Source: an uncultured Pseudomonadales bacterium (GTDB taxonomy: Bacteria; Patescibacteriota; Microgenomatia; UBA1400; PJMF01). From it: a stretch of DNA of 64,000 nt. The translations under genes and the position numbers were made by a program. Below, in pieces: positions 36,553-46,267 of the stretch. The notes beneath the pieces are model-generated. The model saw nothing but the letters and a program-made list of their open reading frames with translations, searched no databases and was not told where the DNA came from. Within the stretch, counting starts at the first letter, position 1; the number at the start of each line of letters is the position of its first letter. Location of the stretch: NCBI GenBank assembly GCA_964588685.1, contig CAZPQG010000005.1, positions 5,916-69,915 on the forward strand, given 5' to 3'.

Positions 36553-37986
36553 TTACCTACTGCTATTTTTTTCACAATTATAGATGCCAATGTCGGTAAA
36601 AAGTTCCTCTTTAGGGCCGTCAATAATGGTTAATCTGTGGCAGTATTGGTCAAAAATTTCCTGATCAAAAAAACCATCAAAGCCGTGATCTAAATTTGGA
36701 TTTTGCGGAATATTAGCAATTTTAACAAGTAAATAGGCTCCTTGCTCGACTACTTGTTGTGAAATTTGTTTTTTATTAAGAACGCCTGACCCAAAAAGTT
36801 GAGCATTAGTATCAGCATAATTGCCTAAAAGTTTTCGTTCGCTTTTGAGTGCCACTAAAGGAGCCACTTCGTGTGAGCCGTAAAGTGGTTTAACAGGTAG
36901 GTTTTTAATATATGCTGCTGCTGTTTCAACATGAGCGAATTGGCCTTGCTGCTGGGTTGATTGTTGATAGAGATAAACCCCTACCGCTTGGCTTAAGATA
37001 AGAGTTGTTATTACTATAGCTGACAACTGAGCTTGATTTTCAGCCAACCAAGGAGGCTGTTTTTGATTTTTAAAATAAAGCAGCAGCTGTTTAACAGCCA
37101 GCACTAGCCAGAAAGCTAGCACTCCTAAGTATAAATAATATAAATCTTTAAAAATTAAATAAAAGTTGAGCCAAGCAATAATAGGTAGCAAGAGCTTTTT
37201 GTTTTTAGTGAGAACAAGACTGGCAGTAGTTAACAGCAATAAAGTGAAATCATGCAGTACAAAGAATCTAAAAATATTAATTTTGCTTAAACCGATCGGC
37301 CGATTAAATTGATGAATGATAATGTAATTAATTACAGTTTTGGGAGCAATAAATAAAAAAGGCAGCATAAAGAAAGTTCCGGTGGTTATATAAGCTAAAA
37401 TGGTTTTTCGTATATTTTTAATTTGCCCACTTAACTTTAACCAAAGCAGCCAACCTAAAAAACCCGGGATAACATAGAGTTTGATGAGTGTGGCCAGTCC
37501 CCAAAAAAATCCTGATAAATAGGGGTTCTTTCTAAAATAATAAGCTAAGGCAATCAGCAGTGTAACAAAGTGCAAACCGGTTAAATAATCAGTTGTGGCT
37601 AGGATTAAAAAAGAAAATAGATATAAGACGGGAAAGAATTTGGCATAGTTGGGCAGGCTTTTTTTAACTTCAAGATATATCACTAAAGCAGTCATAGTTT
37701 CCAGCACAATGGGGACAGCTTGAAATAAAATAATATTTGAACCAATGACGCTTTTAATACCGGCCAGCAACAAGATCAATAGAGGAGGATCGGCAATTAA
37801 AAAATCGCGGTAAGGTAGAAAACCGCTTAGTATTTGTTCTGCCATATAAAAATAGGCATTGCCGTCGCCAAAACGATATGAAAAACCTCCGGCTTTTACT
37901 AGATAAAAAATAACAAAAGTGAAAGTGATGATTAGTAAATCAAATAGCAGTGGACGTTTTAATTTTAAAGTTTTGATTGAGAACAT
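36553..37986 (-). CDS. GT-C fold membrane glycosyltransferase (PMT_2/ArnT-like, GT39/GT83-like).
   Basis: About 11 TM helices. The first-loop motif GDGNAYFYMAEQILSG..PYRDFLIADPPLL resembles the DE..Y...A..M...G.....EKPPL of the ArnT/PMT family. A C-terminal soluble domain follows. Confidence 0.5.
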   Translation of the reverse strand: MFSIKTLKLKRPLLFDLLIITFTFVIFYLVKAGGFSYRFGDGNAYFYMAEQILSGFLPYRDFLIADPPLLILLLAGIKSVIGSNIILFQAVPIVLETMTALVIYLEVKKSLPNYAKFFPVLYLFSFLILATTDYLTGLHFVTLLIALAYYFRKNPYLSGFFWGLATLIKLYVIPGFLGWLLWLKLSGQIKNIRKTILAYITTGTFFMLPFLFIAPKTVINYIIIHQFNRPIGLSKINIFRFFVLHDFTLLLLTTASLVLTKNKKLLLPIIAWLNFYLIFKDLYYLYLGVLAFWLVLAVKQLLLYFKNQKQPPWLAENQAQLSAIVITTLILSQAVGVYLYQQSTQQQGQFAHVETAAAYIKNLPVKPLYGSHEVAPLVALKSERKLLGNYADTNAQLFGSGVLNKKQISQQVVEQGAYLLVKIANIPQNPNLDHGFDGFFDQEIFDQYCHRLTIIDGPKEELFTDIGIYNCEKNSSR

Positions 37987-38267
37987 ATGAGCTTGCTTTA
38001 GCTTTTTGCTTTAAATGATTTGGTTAAGGTTATTGGCTTATTTATCGCGGGCAGCGGTGTTTAAAGGATGCCAATAAAGTTGTTATTTTTTTTAGCCGCT
38101 ACCACTATATTTTTTTGCTTATTTATTAATCGTTTTAACTATTGTAATATATATAATCAAAATGAAAGCAGTTAGGGTAGTAATGCAGCGGTTTAAATAA
38201 GAAAATAATAAGAAATGAAATAAAGTGGATTAGAAGATGTTTTTTATCAATTAATCATCTAAAAGCA

Positions 38268-38849
38268 ATGAAAAATAAAAATATTTTAATCATAGTAGGT
38301 TTAGCTGCTGTAGCAGTGATAGGTTTAGTCCTTTTTAATCGTTATGAAGCTCAAGATTTAGTACTGGAAGAGGATCGAGAGCAGGAAGCATTGATGGAAG
38401 AGCAGAATGAAGCAGAGGAACCGGCTGATTTGGAATTTACCATCAAGCAGCCTGAAGATGAAACTGAAGAAGCAGCAGGAGACACTGAAGAACTAACAGC
38501 ACCGGAAACTGAAGAACCCGGTGAAGAATTAGACGAAGCTGCTGCGGATGAAGCGGTATTAAGCACTACCAGCGAAGAGAAGGAAGTTTACACCTTTTTC
38601 TACGGCGACACTTGTCCATATTGTCATGATGTCATTGATTGGTTTGAAGAAACCGGCATTGAGTCAACTCTGAATATTGTGAGAAAAGAAACTTACAATG
38701 ATCTAGCTAACAGCGAGCAATTAAAGTTAGCGGCAGAAACTTGCGGCGAGAAAGGCACCGGTGTACCATTCCTATTTACTCCTGACAAAGAATGTATTAT
38801 TGGTTCTAATATGATTATTGATTATTTATCTGAAGAAGCCGGGCTGTAA
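38268..38849 (+). CDS. Membrane-anchored acidic protein with a C-terminal glutaredoxin-like CPYC thioredoxin-fold domain.
   Basis: N-terminal TM segment, an E/D-rich linker, then FYGDTCPYCHDVIDWFEE with the CPYC active-site motif. Confidence 0.45.
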   Translation: MKNKNILIIVGLAAVAVIGLVLFNRYEAQDLVLEEDREQEALMEEQNEAEEPADLEFTIKQPEDETEEAAGDTEELTAPETEEPGEELDEAAADEAVLSTTSEEKEVYTFFYGDTCPYCHDVIDWFEETGIESTLNIVRKETYNDLANSEQLKLAAETCGEKGTGVPFLFTPDKECIIGSNMIIDYLSEEAGL

Positions 38850-38953
38850 AATTAAGCAAAACAGAGTTGTAAAATTAGTTGAAGCAAAGCGGCAAAACTA
38901 GTCAAGAATAGTTAGAGGTTTTAAAAAGATTGGCTATAAAACAGAAATTACTC

Positions 38954-38983
38954 TTGCAATGTTGAGTAATTTTTGCGTAGAAT
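38954..38983 (+). promoter_or_regulatory. Candidate sigma-70-type promoter for the pyrE leader.
   Basis: TTGCAA, an 18-bp spacer, then TAGAAT. Confidence 0.35.
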
Positions 38984-39052
38984 GGTTTTTTAGTGCTTAA
39001 TCTAAAAAAGCCGCTAATTCAGATATTAATTTTTTACATTTTTATATTTCAG

Positions 39053-39080
39053 ATCCCGCTGTTAAGCGGGATTTTTTAAT
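39053..39080 (+). terminator. Intrinsic terminator/attenuator hairpin in the pyrE leader, about 27 nt upstream of the pyrE start.
   Basis: ATCCCGCT-GTTA-AGCGGGAT forms an 8-bp stem followed by TTTTTTAAT. Confidence 0.45.
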
Positions 39081-39106
39081 GATAATTTATATTATTTGTT
39101 ATATTA

Positions 39107-39760
39107 TTGGCCATGCCGGAAACACAATCATCAGTCATCAAAATTTTGAAATCTGTCGGAGCAATCTTAACTGATAATCATTTTGTTTATACATCAGGCA
39201 AACATGGCAGTGTTTATATTAATAAAGACGCCTTGTATCCGCATGCAGTAAAAACTTCTTTGATTTGTGAACAGATGGCCCGCCAATGTTTTTCTTTGGA
39301 CGTAGATACAGTGGCAGCTCCGGCCTTAGGCGGCATTATTTTATCGCAGTGGGTAGGTTATCACCTGTCAAAATTAAAAGAAAAACCGATTCATGCAGTG
39401 TATGCAGAAAAAGACGGGCAGGGAGGATTTGTTTTTACTAGAGGTTATGACGCTTTTATAAAAGACAAAAATGTTTTAGTGTTAGAAGATTTAACTACCA
39501 CCGGAGGTTCAGTTAAAAAAGTAGTAGATGCGGTGCGTTTTTATCAAGGACAAGTGACAGGTGTTTGTGTCATGATTAATCGCAATCCTGACCATGTAAA
39601 TCAAAATTTATTTCAGGCGCCATTTTTTTGTTTGGGGGAAATGTTGGTTAAAGCTTATGATGAAAGTGAGATGCCGGCTGAACTTCGCTCGCGGCCAATT
39701 AATACGCAAGTGGGCCATGGTCAAGAATATCTTGACCAGCAGAAGAAAAAGTCCGGCTAA
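39107..39760 (+). CDS. pyrE: Orotate phosphoribosyltransferase. The track start is a TTG; the in-frame ATG is at 39113.
   Basis: VLVLEDLTTTGGSVKKVV (PRPP-binding motif). YTSGKHGSVYIN. Confidence 0.85.
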   Translation: MAMPETQSSVIKILKSVGAILTDNHFVYTSGKHGSVYINKDALYPHAVKTSLICEQMARQCFSLDVDTVAAPALGGIILSQWVGYHLSKLKEKPIHAVYAEKDGQGGFVFTRGYDAFIKDKNVLVLEDLTTTGGSVKKVVDAVRFYQGQVTGVCVMINRNPDHVNQNLFQAPFFCLGEMLVKAYDESEMPAELRSRPINTQVGHGQEYLDQQKKKSG

Positions 39761-39792
39761 TTATAAATTGTAGAAAATCTAAATAAAAAACA

Positions 39793-40623
39793 GTGTTATT
39801 TATGAAAAAGAACAACAAACAATTAGGGCAGATTGAACAAAAGCTGCGACAGAGAATAAATAAGGTTAATTCTTTATTGTGTGTGGGTTTGGATAGCAAT
39901 ATAGACCGGCTGCCTGCTCAGTTTAAAGAACAAGACCAACCTCAATTTGCTTTTAATCGCTGGATTATTGACCAAACTCACCACTTAGTGTGTGCTTATA
40001 AACCGAATTTAGCTTTTTATGAAGAACGAGGCGCAATTGGCTGGCAAGAATTGGGGTTAACCACTCAATATTTACAAGAACATTATCCTGATATTGTGTT
40101 AATTGCTGATGCCAAACGAGCTGATATTGGCTCAACCAATCAAGGCTATGTAACTGCTATTTTTGACCAGCTTGGCTGTGATGCTGTCACACTTAATCCT
40201 TATTTAGGCCAAGAAGCACTGCAGCCGTTTTTACAACGGACTGATAAAGCTTGTATTATTTTGTGCCGTACTTCCAATGAAGGAGCAGGGGAGTTTCAAG
40301 ATTTGGAAGCTGATGGCAAGGCGATTTGGCAGCATGTGGCCGAAAATGTGGTTAAAAACTGGAACCAAAACAACAACTGTATGTTGGTTGCGGGTGCCAC
40401 TTATCCGGCAGAGTTAGCTGAGATCAGAGAAATTACGGGAGAGATGACGCTGCTGGTTCCGGGTATTGGAGCTCAGGGAGGAGATTTAGAGGCCGTACTG
40501 CAAGCCGGTTTACTGCGAAATTCACAAGGCTTAATTATTAATTCTTCCAGAGGTATTATCTTTGATGATGAGCCCGGTCAAGCAGCAGCTTCTTTACAGC
40601 AGCAAATCAATGAATATCGTTAG
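39793..40623 (+). CDS. pyrF: Orotidine 5'-phosphate decarboxylase (type 2).
   Basis: LCVGLDSNIDRLP, LIADAKRADIGSTNQ (DxKxxDIxxT) and LLVPGIGAQGG. Confidence 0.85.
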   Translation: MLFMKKNNKQLGQIEQKLRQRINKVNSLLCVGLDSNIDRLPAQFKEQDQPQFAFNRWIIDQTHHLVCAYKPNLAFYEERGAIGWQELGLTTQYLQEHYPDIVLIADAKRADIGSTNQGYVTAIFDQLGCDAVTLNPYLGQEALQPFLQRTDKACIILCRTSNEGAGEFQDLEADGKAIWQHVAENVVKNWNQNNNCMLVAGATYPAELAEIREITGEMTLLVPGIGAQGGDLEAVLQAGLLRNSQGLIINSSRGIIFDDEPGQAAASLQQQINEYR

Positions 40624-40857
40624 CTTTTTAAATTAAATTAAAATTAAACGTGCAGCGCTATTAATTTTTATACCCCCAATCTTATATAATAAGGCAGCTT
40701 AGTTGCTAAATATATTAGCTAGTTGTTAGCTAGTTAAATTTTTGGACAAGACAGCTAGCTAAAGTTTCAACCGTCAATAAAAAATTTGTCACTATAAACT
40801 AGCTTGAAACTATCCTACTAACTGTTTTATTAATTGTTATAAAATTGAATTTTAAAT

Positions 40858-41988
40858 ATGAATCTATCAGTCGGGATTGTCGGCTTACCCAATGTAGGCA
40901 AGTCCACCTTATTTAATGCTTTACTAAAAAAACAAGCGGCTTTATCCGCCAATTATCCCTTTGCCACCATTGAGCCTAATGTGGGTGTAACAGAAGTACC
41001 TGATTCACGCTTACCTGTTTTAGCTGAAATTGTTGACACAGAAATTATTAAACCGGCTTTGGTGGAGTTTATTGATATTGCGGGCTTAGTAAAAGGAGCT
41101 GCTCAGGGTGAGGGCTTGGGCAACAAATTTTTGTCCCATATTCGTACTACTGATGCTATTTGTCATGTTTTGCGTGCTTTTGAGGATCAAACAGTGGCGC
41201 GCGAAGGTTCAGTTAATCCTCAAGAAGATTTGGCTGCAATTAGAACTGAATTGCAGCTTGCAGATTTAGCTATTGTTAATAAACAAAAAGAAACTAGAGG
41301 CGCTGTTGATCAAGCTGAACAGGAGCGGTGGCAGGCAATTGTTAACTTTAAAGTCAGATTAGAAGCAGGACAGAATGCTTTACCCGCTAGTCAGTTTAAT
41401 AAAAAAACGCAGCACCTGACTTCTCAAGAAAAAACTAATTTTCAAGTAGCCCGTGAGCTGAATTTATTAACTTGTAAACCCGAGCTGTTTGTTTTAAATG
41501 TAAATGAGATAGATTTAAAACAAACAGCTGCGTTGAGAAAAAAATACGCGCATTTGCTGTCAACAAAACAGCAATCAATTAAGCCTGAACAAATAGTGGT
41601 GGTTAGTGCTAAAATTGAGAGCGAATTGGCAGCCTTGTCAGCTCAAGAGCAGGCTTTATATATGCAGGAGCTGGGGTTAGAACAATCCGGTTTAGCAAGA
41701 TTGGCTCAAGTGGCTTATCAAACCTTAGGTTTGCAAAGTTTCTTAACCGCCGGTGAATTAGAAGTGAGAGCTTGGACTATTGAAAAAGGGACAACCGCTC
41801 TTGAAGCTGCTGGTGTTATTCACAGCGACTTTGCCCAAAATTTTGTGAAAGCGAAAATAGCAAGTTTTAAAGACTTTGTTCAGCATCAAGGCTGGATTGG
41901 TTGCAAAGAAGCCGGCAAATTACGTTTGGAAGGCCGTGATTATGTCATGCAGCCGGATGATGTGGTGGAGTTTATGGTCGGCCGCTAA
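40858..41988 (+). CDS. ychF: Ribosome-binding ATPase YchF.
   Basis: VGIVGLPNVGKSTLFNAL (G1), TIEPNVG and DIAGLVKGA (G3). C-terminal TGS domain (MQPDDVVEF). Confidence 0.9.
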   Translation: MNLSVGIVGLPNVGKSTLFNALLKKQAALSANYPFATIEPNVGVTEVPDSRLPVLAEIVDTEIIKPALVEFIDIAGLVKGAAQGEGLGNKFLSHIRTTDAICHVLRAFEDQTVAREGSVNPQEDLAAIRTELQLADLAIVNKQKETRGAVDQAEQERWQAIVNFKVRLEAGQNALPASQFNKKTQHLTSQEKTNFQVARELNLLTCKPELFVLNVNEIDLKQTAALRKKYAHLLSTKQQSIKPEQIVVVSAKIESELAALSAQEQALYMQELGLEQSGLARLAQVAYQTLGLQSFLTAGELEVRAWTIEKGTTALEAAGVIHSDFAQNFVKAKIASFKDFVQHQGWIGCKEAGKLRLEGRDYVMQPDDVVEFMVGR

Positions 41989-42037
41989 AGGTAATTGCTA
42001 AAAGCAATTCGTTAGTTAAAAATAGACAAGAAATAGC

Positions 42038-42098
42038 ATTCAGCAATAAATTTGACGAAAATATTATTCAGCAATTAAATAGTGCTCAGCAATTGAAG
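42038..42098. repeat. Three direct repeats, ATTCAGCAATAAAT, ATTCAGCAATTAAAT and GCTCAGCAATTGAAG, upstream of rpsF. A TATAAT box follows at 42149-42154.
   Basis: Seen directly in the sequence. The repeats lie 190-250 bp upstream of the rpsF start. Confidence 0.4.
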
Positions 42099-42285
42099 GT
42101 CAAAGAACAGTCTCGGAGAACAGTTATAGAATTTTTAAAAGAATGCTGTATAATATATTTCTCAAGCGTAATATACGAACATAATATGTGACCCAAAATA
42201 CGAAATGGGAAACGCAGCATAAACCTTAATTAAAAGAAATAAAATATAAATATAAATAAGTTTACAAAAATAGAAAATTTTAATT

Positions 42286-42609
42286 ATGAAGATTCCACCT
42301 AAAGTCAGTAATCGAAGTTATGAGTTGACTTGTTTACTCAATCCGGATTATTCACAAGATGAATTAAAAGAAGTTTCCGAAATTATTCAAGAAGTTATTG
42401 CCGACAATGGCGGCGAAGTTCAAGAAACTGAAGAATGGGGTAAGAAGGATCTGGCTTATAAAATTAAAAATGAGGGCAGGAAGTATCAACAGGCTCATTA
42501 TCTCCATTTTATTTTTGAGGCAGCAGCCAGTCAGGCTACTGACATCAAAGAAGCGGTTAATATGAATGAGAATATCATTAGGTATTTATTAGTACAGCAA
42601 GAGAAATAA
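42286..42609 (+). CDS. rpsF: 30S ribosomal protein S6.
   Basis: YELTCLLNPD...WGKKDLAYKIKN...GRKYQQAHYLHFIFEA. Confidence 0.85.
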   Translation: MKIPPKVSNRSYELTCLLNPDYSQDELKEVSEIIQEVIADNGGEVQETEEWGKKDLAYKIKNEGRKYQQAHYLHFIFEAAASQATDIKEAVNMNENIIRYLLVQQEK

Positions 42610-42768
42610 GATTTTAAATTACGGAAAAATTATCCTAAATAAAAAAATCCTAACCCATATATTTTAAATTTAATTTGGAATTGTGTTTTTAATTTATACG
42701 CTTTTTGAAAGAATTGTTGTTTAATATCTAAAGTTATCTATAAATTAGTCTGATAGAGGAGGAAAAAT

Positions 42769-43254
42769 ATGGCTGTCAGATCATTAAATAAAGTTATGTT
42801 AATCGGGAATCTCACCCGCGATCCAAATTTGAGATACACTCCCAGCAATACGGCAGTTTGTTCTTTTGGGATTGCCACCAACCGCTCGTGGACAACTAGT
42901 GAAGGCGAGCTGGAAGAAAGGACAGATTTTCACAATTTAGTGGCGTGGGCAAAATTAGCTGAAATTTGCGATCAGATTTTGCGCAAAGGCGATAAAGTTT
43001 ATGTTGAGGGGCGAATACAAACTAGAGATTGGAAAAGCGATGATGAGCAAGATCGCCGAGTGACCGAGGTCGTGCTAGACAGCATGATTAAACTAGGATC
43101 ACCTCGCAGCAGAAGAAGAGATTCAACTGAAGAAGACGAGGCACTAGCAGCTGATGAGGATAGTGAAAAAGAAGCAAAAGCAAGCAGCGAACAAACAGAA
43201 TCGGAAGAAAAAGAAGTTGATGTCGATGAGGTCAGTGATGAGATGCCTTTTTAG
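42769..43254 (+). CDS. ssb: Single-stranded DNA-binding protein.
   Basis: NKVMLIGNLTRDPNLRYTPS (OB fold). Acidic tail ending DEMPF. Confidence 0.85.
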   Translation: MAVRSLNKVMLIGNLTRDPNLRYTPSNTAVCSFGIATNRSWTTSEGELEERTDFHNLVAWAKLAEICDQILRKGDKVYVEGRIQTRDWKSDDEQDRRVTEVVLDSMIKLGSPRSRRRDSTEEDEALAADEDSEKEAKASSEQTESEEKEVDVDEVSDEMPF

Positions 43255-43287
43255 TTAAGAACTGAATGCAATTAAACACAGCCCTTT

Positions 43288-43330
43288 AAACATTAGCCAA
43301 GAAATTGGCTAGTGTTTAATGTTGCTTTTA
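43288..43330 (+). terminator. Intrinsic terminator between ssb and rpsR.
   Basis: AAACATTAGCCAA-GAAA-TTGGCTAGTGTTT forms a 13-bp stem with one mismatch, followed by AATGTTGCTTTTATT. Confidence 0.55.
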
Positions 43331-43458
43331 TTAGAAAGATGATTCTCTGTAATCCTGTTAAGGGTTTTAAAATATAAAAAAAATACTATAATTTGTAGAA
43401 CTAACTTAAATTAAAAGAATAACACTAAACTGTAATTATCTTTAGGAATAATTTTATT

Positions 43459-43632
43459 ATGCAAAAATTTTCGTATAAAAGACCACAACAACTAACTAAA
43501 TATATGAACAGGCAGGGGATGATTTTGCCTAGAGCAAAAACGGGTTTGAGTAAAAAAGAACAAAAAAAGCTTTCCCAAGCAATTGAAAGAGCCAGGCATC
43601 TGGCTTTAGTGCAGTACACTCAAACCTTATAG
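43459..43632 (+). CDS. rpsR: 30S ribosomal protein S18. It is 57 aa, so it is missing from the ORF track.
   Basis: Hand translation: MQKFSYKRPQQLTKYMNRQGMILPRAKTGLSKKEQKKLSQAIERARHLALVQYTQTL, which matches the S18 core (..TGL..KQQR.LA.AIKRAR.LALLPY). AGGA lies 11 nt upstream. Confidence 0.8.
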   Translation: MQKFSYKRPQQLTKYMNRQGMILPRAKTGLSKKEQKKLSQAIERARHLALVQYTQTL

Positions 43633-43706
43633 ATTTAAACCTATCTTTAATTGTTGATATTTTTAGATATATAATTTTAATATAGTGAATGATTTTGTAA
43701 TTTAAT

Positions 43707-44972
43707 ATGAAATCAGTTTTCAGCATCATCCGCAATCTAGTCATCGCTATTTTATTAATAGTGTTGGGTATTGTGATCGGACAACGCTACAGCAGCAGCA
43801 TTCCTTTAATGGCTCCTAATCTAGAAAAACAGGACTCTATTCTTCAAGAGTTTACAGATGGCTTAAGGGACAGATCAATTTTATCTGAAGATAGAACAGA
43901 AACCAGCTTTAATGTTTTTTGGGAAGTGTGGAGCATTTTAGATGAACATTATTTAGAGCCGGAAAAACTTGATGATACTCAGATGATTGACGGAGCTATA
44001 CAAGGTATGGTTGGAGCTCTGGATGACCCTTACACTGTTTATTTGCCTCCTGATGACCATGAAAGAGCTGGTCAAGATTTGGATGGTGCTTTTTATGGAG
44101 TTGGCATTGAATTGGGTTATAAAGATGATGTGTTGGCTGTTGTCTCTCCGTTAGAAGGGACTCCGGCTGATCAGGTTGGTTTGGAAGCCGGTGATTTAAT
44201 TTTACATGTTTACGATGAAAATAAAGGTATTGATGAAGATAGTTCGCAATGGAGCCTGACGGAAGCAGTAGAAAAAATTAGAGGGCCTAAAGGGACAGAA
44301 ATTACTTTTAGCATTTACAGAGAAGGGGTTGAAGAGCCTTTTGATGTCACAATGGTGCGTGGTGAAATTTTGGTAGATACAGTTGATTTGAGAATAATAG
44401 AAGATCAGGGCAGTCAAATAGCTCATGTTAAAGTCAGCCGTTTTGGCGGTCGTACTAAACAAGAATGGGATTCAGCCGTGGGAACAATTTTAGCTCACCA
44501 ACCCGCAATAGCAGGGATTGTACTGGATTTACGTAATAATCCGGGCGGTTATTTTGATGGGGCCATTGATTTAGCTAGTGATTTTATTGAGCATGACGTA
44601 GTAGTGACGCAAAAAGGTAGATTTTCTCAACAAGATTTTTATAGTAATGGAGAAGGGAGATTAAAGCATTATCCTTTGGTAGTTTTAGTTAATAAGGGTA
44701 CTGCTTCAGCATCAGAGATTTTAGCAGGAGCTTTGCGTGATGATTTAGGAGTTAAGTTAGTGGGCACTCAGACTTTTGGTAAGGGGACAGTACAAGATAG
44801 AATTGAATTATCTAATCAAGGCGGTGTTCATGTTACTGTTGGCAGATGGATGCTGCCGGGAGGGGACTGGATTCATGATGAAGGTATTCCGGTTGATGTG
44901 GAAGTAGAATTTGATCGAGATACCGAAGAAGATGAGGTTTTTAACAAAGGGCTGGAAGTATTAAATTTTTAA
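43707..44972 (+). CDS. ctpA: Carboxy-terminal processing protease (S41A) with a PDZ domain.
   Basis: IVLDLRNNPGGYFDGA. NKGTASASEILAGAL (catalytic Ser region). N-terminal TM segment. Confidence 0.8.
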   Translation: MKSVFSIIRNLVIAILLIVLGIVIGQRYSSSIPLMAPNLEKQDSILQEFTDGLRDRSILSEDRTETSFNVFWEVWSILDEHYLEPEKLDDTQMIDGAIQGMVGALDDPYTVYLPPDDHERAGQDLDGAFYGVGIELGYKDDVLAVVSPLEGTPADQVGLEAGDLILHVYDENKGIDEDSSQWSLTEAVEKIRGPKGTEITFSIYREGVEEPFDVTMVRGEILVDTVDLRIIEDQGSQIAHVKVSRFGGRTKQEWDSAVGTILAHQPAIAGIVLDLRNNPGGYFDGAIDLASDFIEHDVVVTQKGRFSQQDFYSNGEGRLKHYPLVVLVNKGTASASEILAGALRDDLGVKLVGTQTFGKGTVQDRIELSNQGGVHVTVGRWMLPGGDWIHDEGIPVDVEVEFDRDTEEDEVFNKGLEVLNF

Positions 44973-44988
44973 CAATTTAAGGTTAATA

Positions 44989-46182
44989 ATGTTCAGTAAT
45001 AAAGAAATTAAATCAATTTTAATCGGGCTGCTTACAGCTGTTATTGTCATTGTTAGTTTTTTTGTTGGCGGGATAGCAGACAGGTTGTTTGTTCTTAAAC
45101 CAATTAATCTAATTTTACAGAGCACAGATTGGCAAAGAATGGCCGGGTCGGAAGAGCGGCAAGATTTTTCTCACACTAGCTTAGGCGAAATGATGGCATC
45201 AGGATTTTATAACGTGGCAGATGTGGCAGAAAAAGCTTCAGAATCAGTCGTGACTGTTTCTATCAAAAAACAACAAAGAGTTATTGAGCCCGGTAGTATC
45301 TTTGGCTCTTTTGGCTTATTTGGCTTTGGTGATCAAGAAATTCAGTTAGAAGAAATACAGAGAGATATTGGCAGCGGCTTTGTGGTAGAGGAAAATTTAA
45401 TAGTGACTAATAAACATGTGGTTAATGATCCCGCTGCTGAATATTTGATTATTGATAAAGAGGAAAAAGAATATCAGGTGACTGAAATTTATCGTGATCC
45501 GGGTTTGGATTTAGCTATTTTGCAAGTGAAAGATTTTTCAGCGCCTTCTCTTCCTCTAGGCAACAGCGATAAGGTGAGAGTAGGTGAGCCGGTAATAGCA
45601 ATTGGTACAGCTTTAGGTCAGTTTAGGCACACAGTCACTACCGGAGTTATTTCCGGTGTGGGCCGATCTTTAGATACTGCCATCGGCAGGCATTCTGAAA
45701 GTTTCCAAAATATGCTGCAAACTGATGCTGCCATCAACCCCGGTAATTCCGGCGGGCCGTTGATTAATGAAAAGGGAGCAGTGATTGGAGTGAATGTGGC
45801 TACTACTGCTGCTGATAATGTCAGTTTTTCTATTCCTATTAATGTAGTCACAGCAGCGATTGATAATTTTAATGAAACCGGTCAGTTTGAACGACCAATG
45901 CTGGGCGTTCGCTACTCCATGATCAGTGAAGAAGCAGCTATCGTTAATGAGGTTCCTCAGGGAGCTTATGTGGCAGAAGTGCTGCCTGACAGCAGTGCAG
46001 ATCAGGCTGGGATAAGAGAGGGAGATATAATCGTTGAGTTTAATGATCAAAAATTGACAGATGATCTTGAGCTGGCTCAATTAATTAATCAGCAGAAAAT
46101 AGGGTCCACAGTTCAGGTTAGATTGTGGCGAAAGGGAGAGTTTCTCACCAGGAGCCTTGAATTAACCGGTCAAAGTCAATAA
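44989..46182 (+). CDS. htrA: HtrA/DegP-family serine protease with a C-terminal PDZ domain.
   Basis: TNKHVV (His), DLAILQV (Asp) and GNSGGPLIN (Ser), followed by a PDZ domain (GDIIVEFNDQKL). Confidence 0.85.
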   Translation: MFSNKEIKSILIGLLTAVIVIVSFFVGGIADRLFVLKPINLILQSTDWQRMAGSEERQDFSHTSLGEMMASGFYNVADVAEKASESVVTVSIKKQQRVIEPGSIFGSFGLFGFGDQEIQLEEIQRDIGSGFVVEENLIVTNKHVVNDPAAEYLIIDKEEKEYQVTEIYRDPGLDLAILQVKDFSAPSLPLGNSDKVRVGEPVIAIGTALGQFRHTVTTGVISGVGRSLDTAIGRHSESFQNMLQTDAAINPGNSGGPLINEKGAVIGVNVATTAADNVSFSIPINVVTAAIDNFNETGQFERPMLGVRYSMISEEAAIVNEVPQGAYVAEVLPDSSADQAGIREGDIIVEFNDQKLTDDLELAQLINQQKIGSTVQVRLWRKGEFLTRSLELTGQSQ

Positions 46183-46267
46183 GAAAATATATCCAAAATT
46201 ATAACTTTAATTACAATTTTTATAAATTGAGCGATAAAATATTAGTTATGGCAAAGAGCTTTATATT

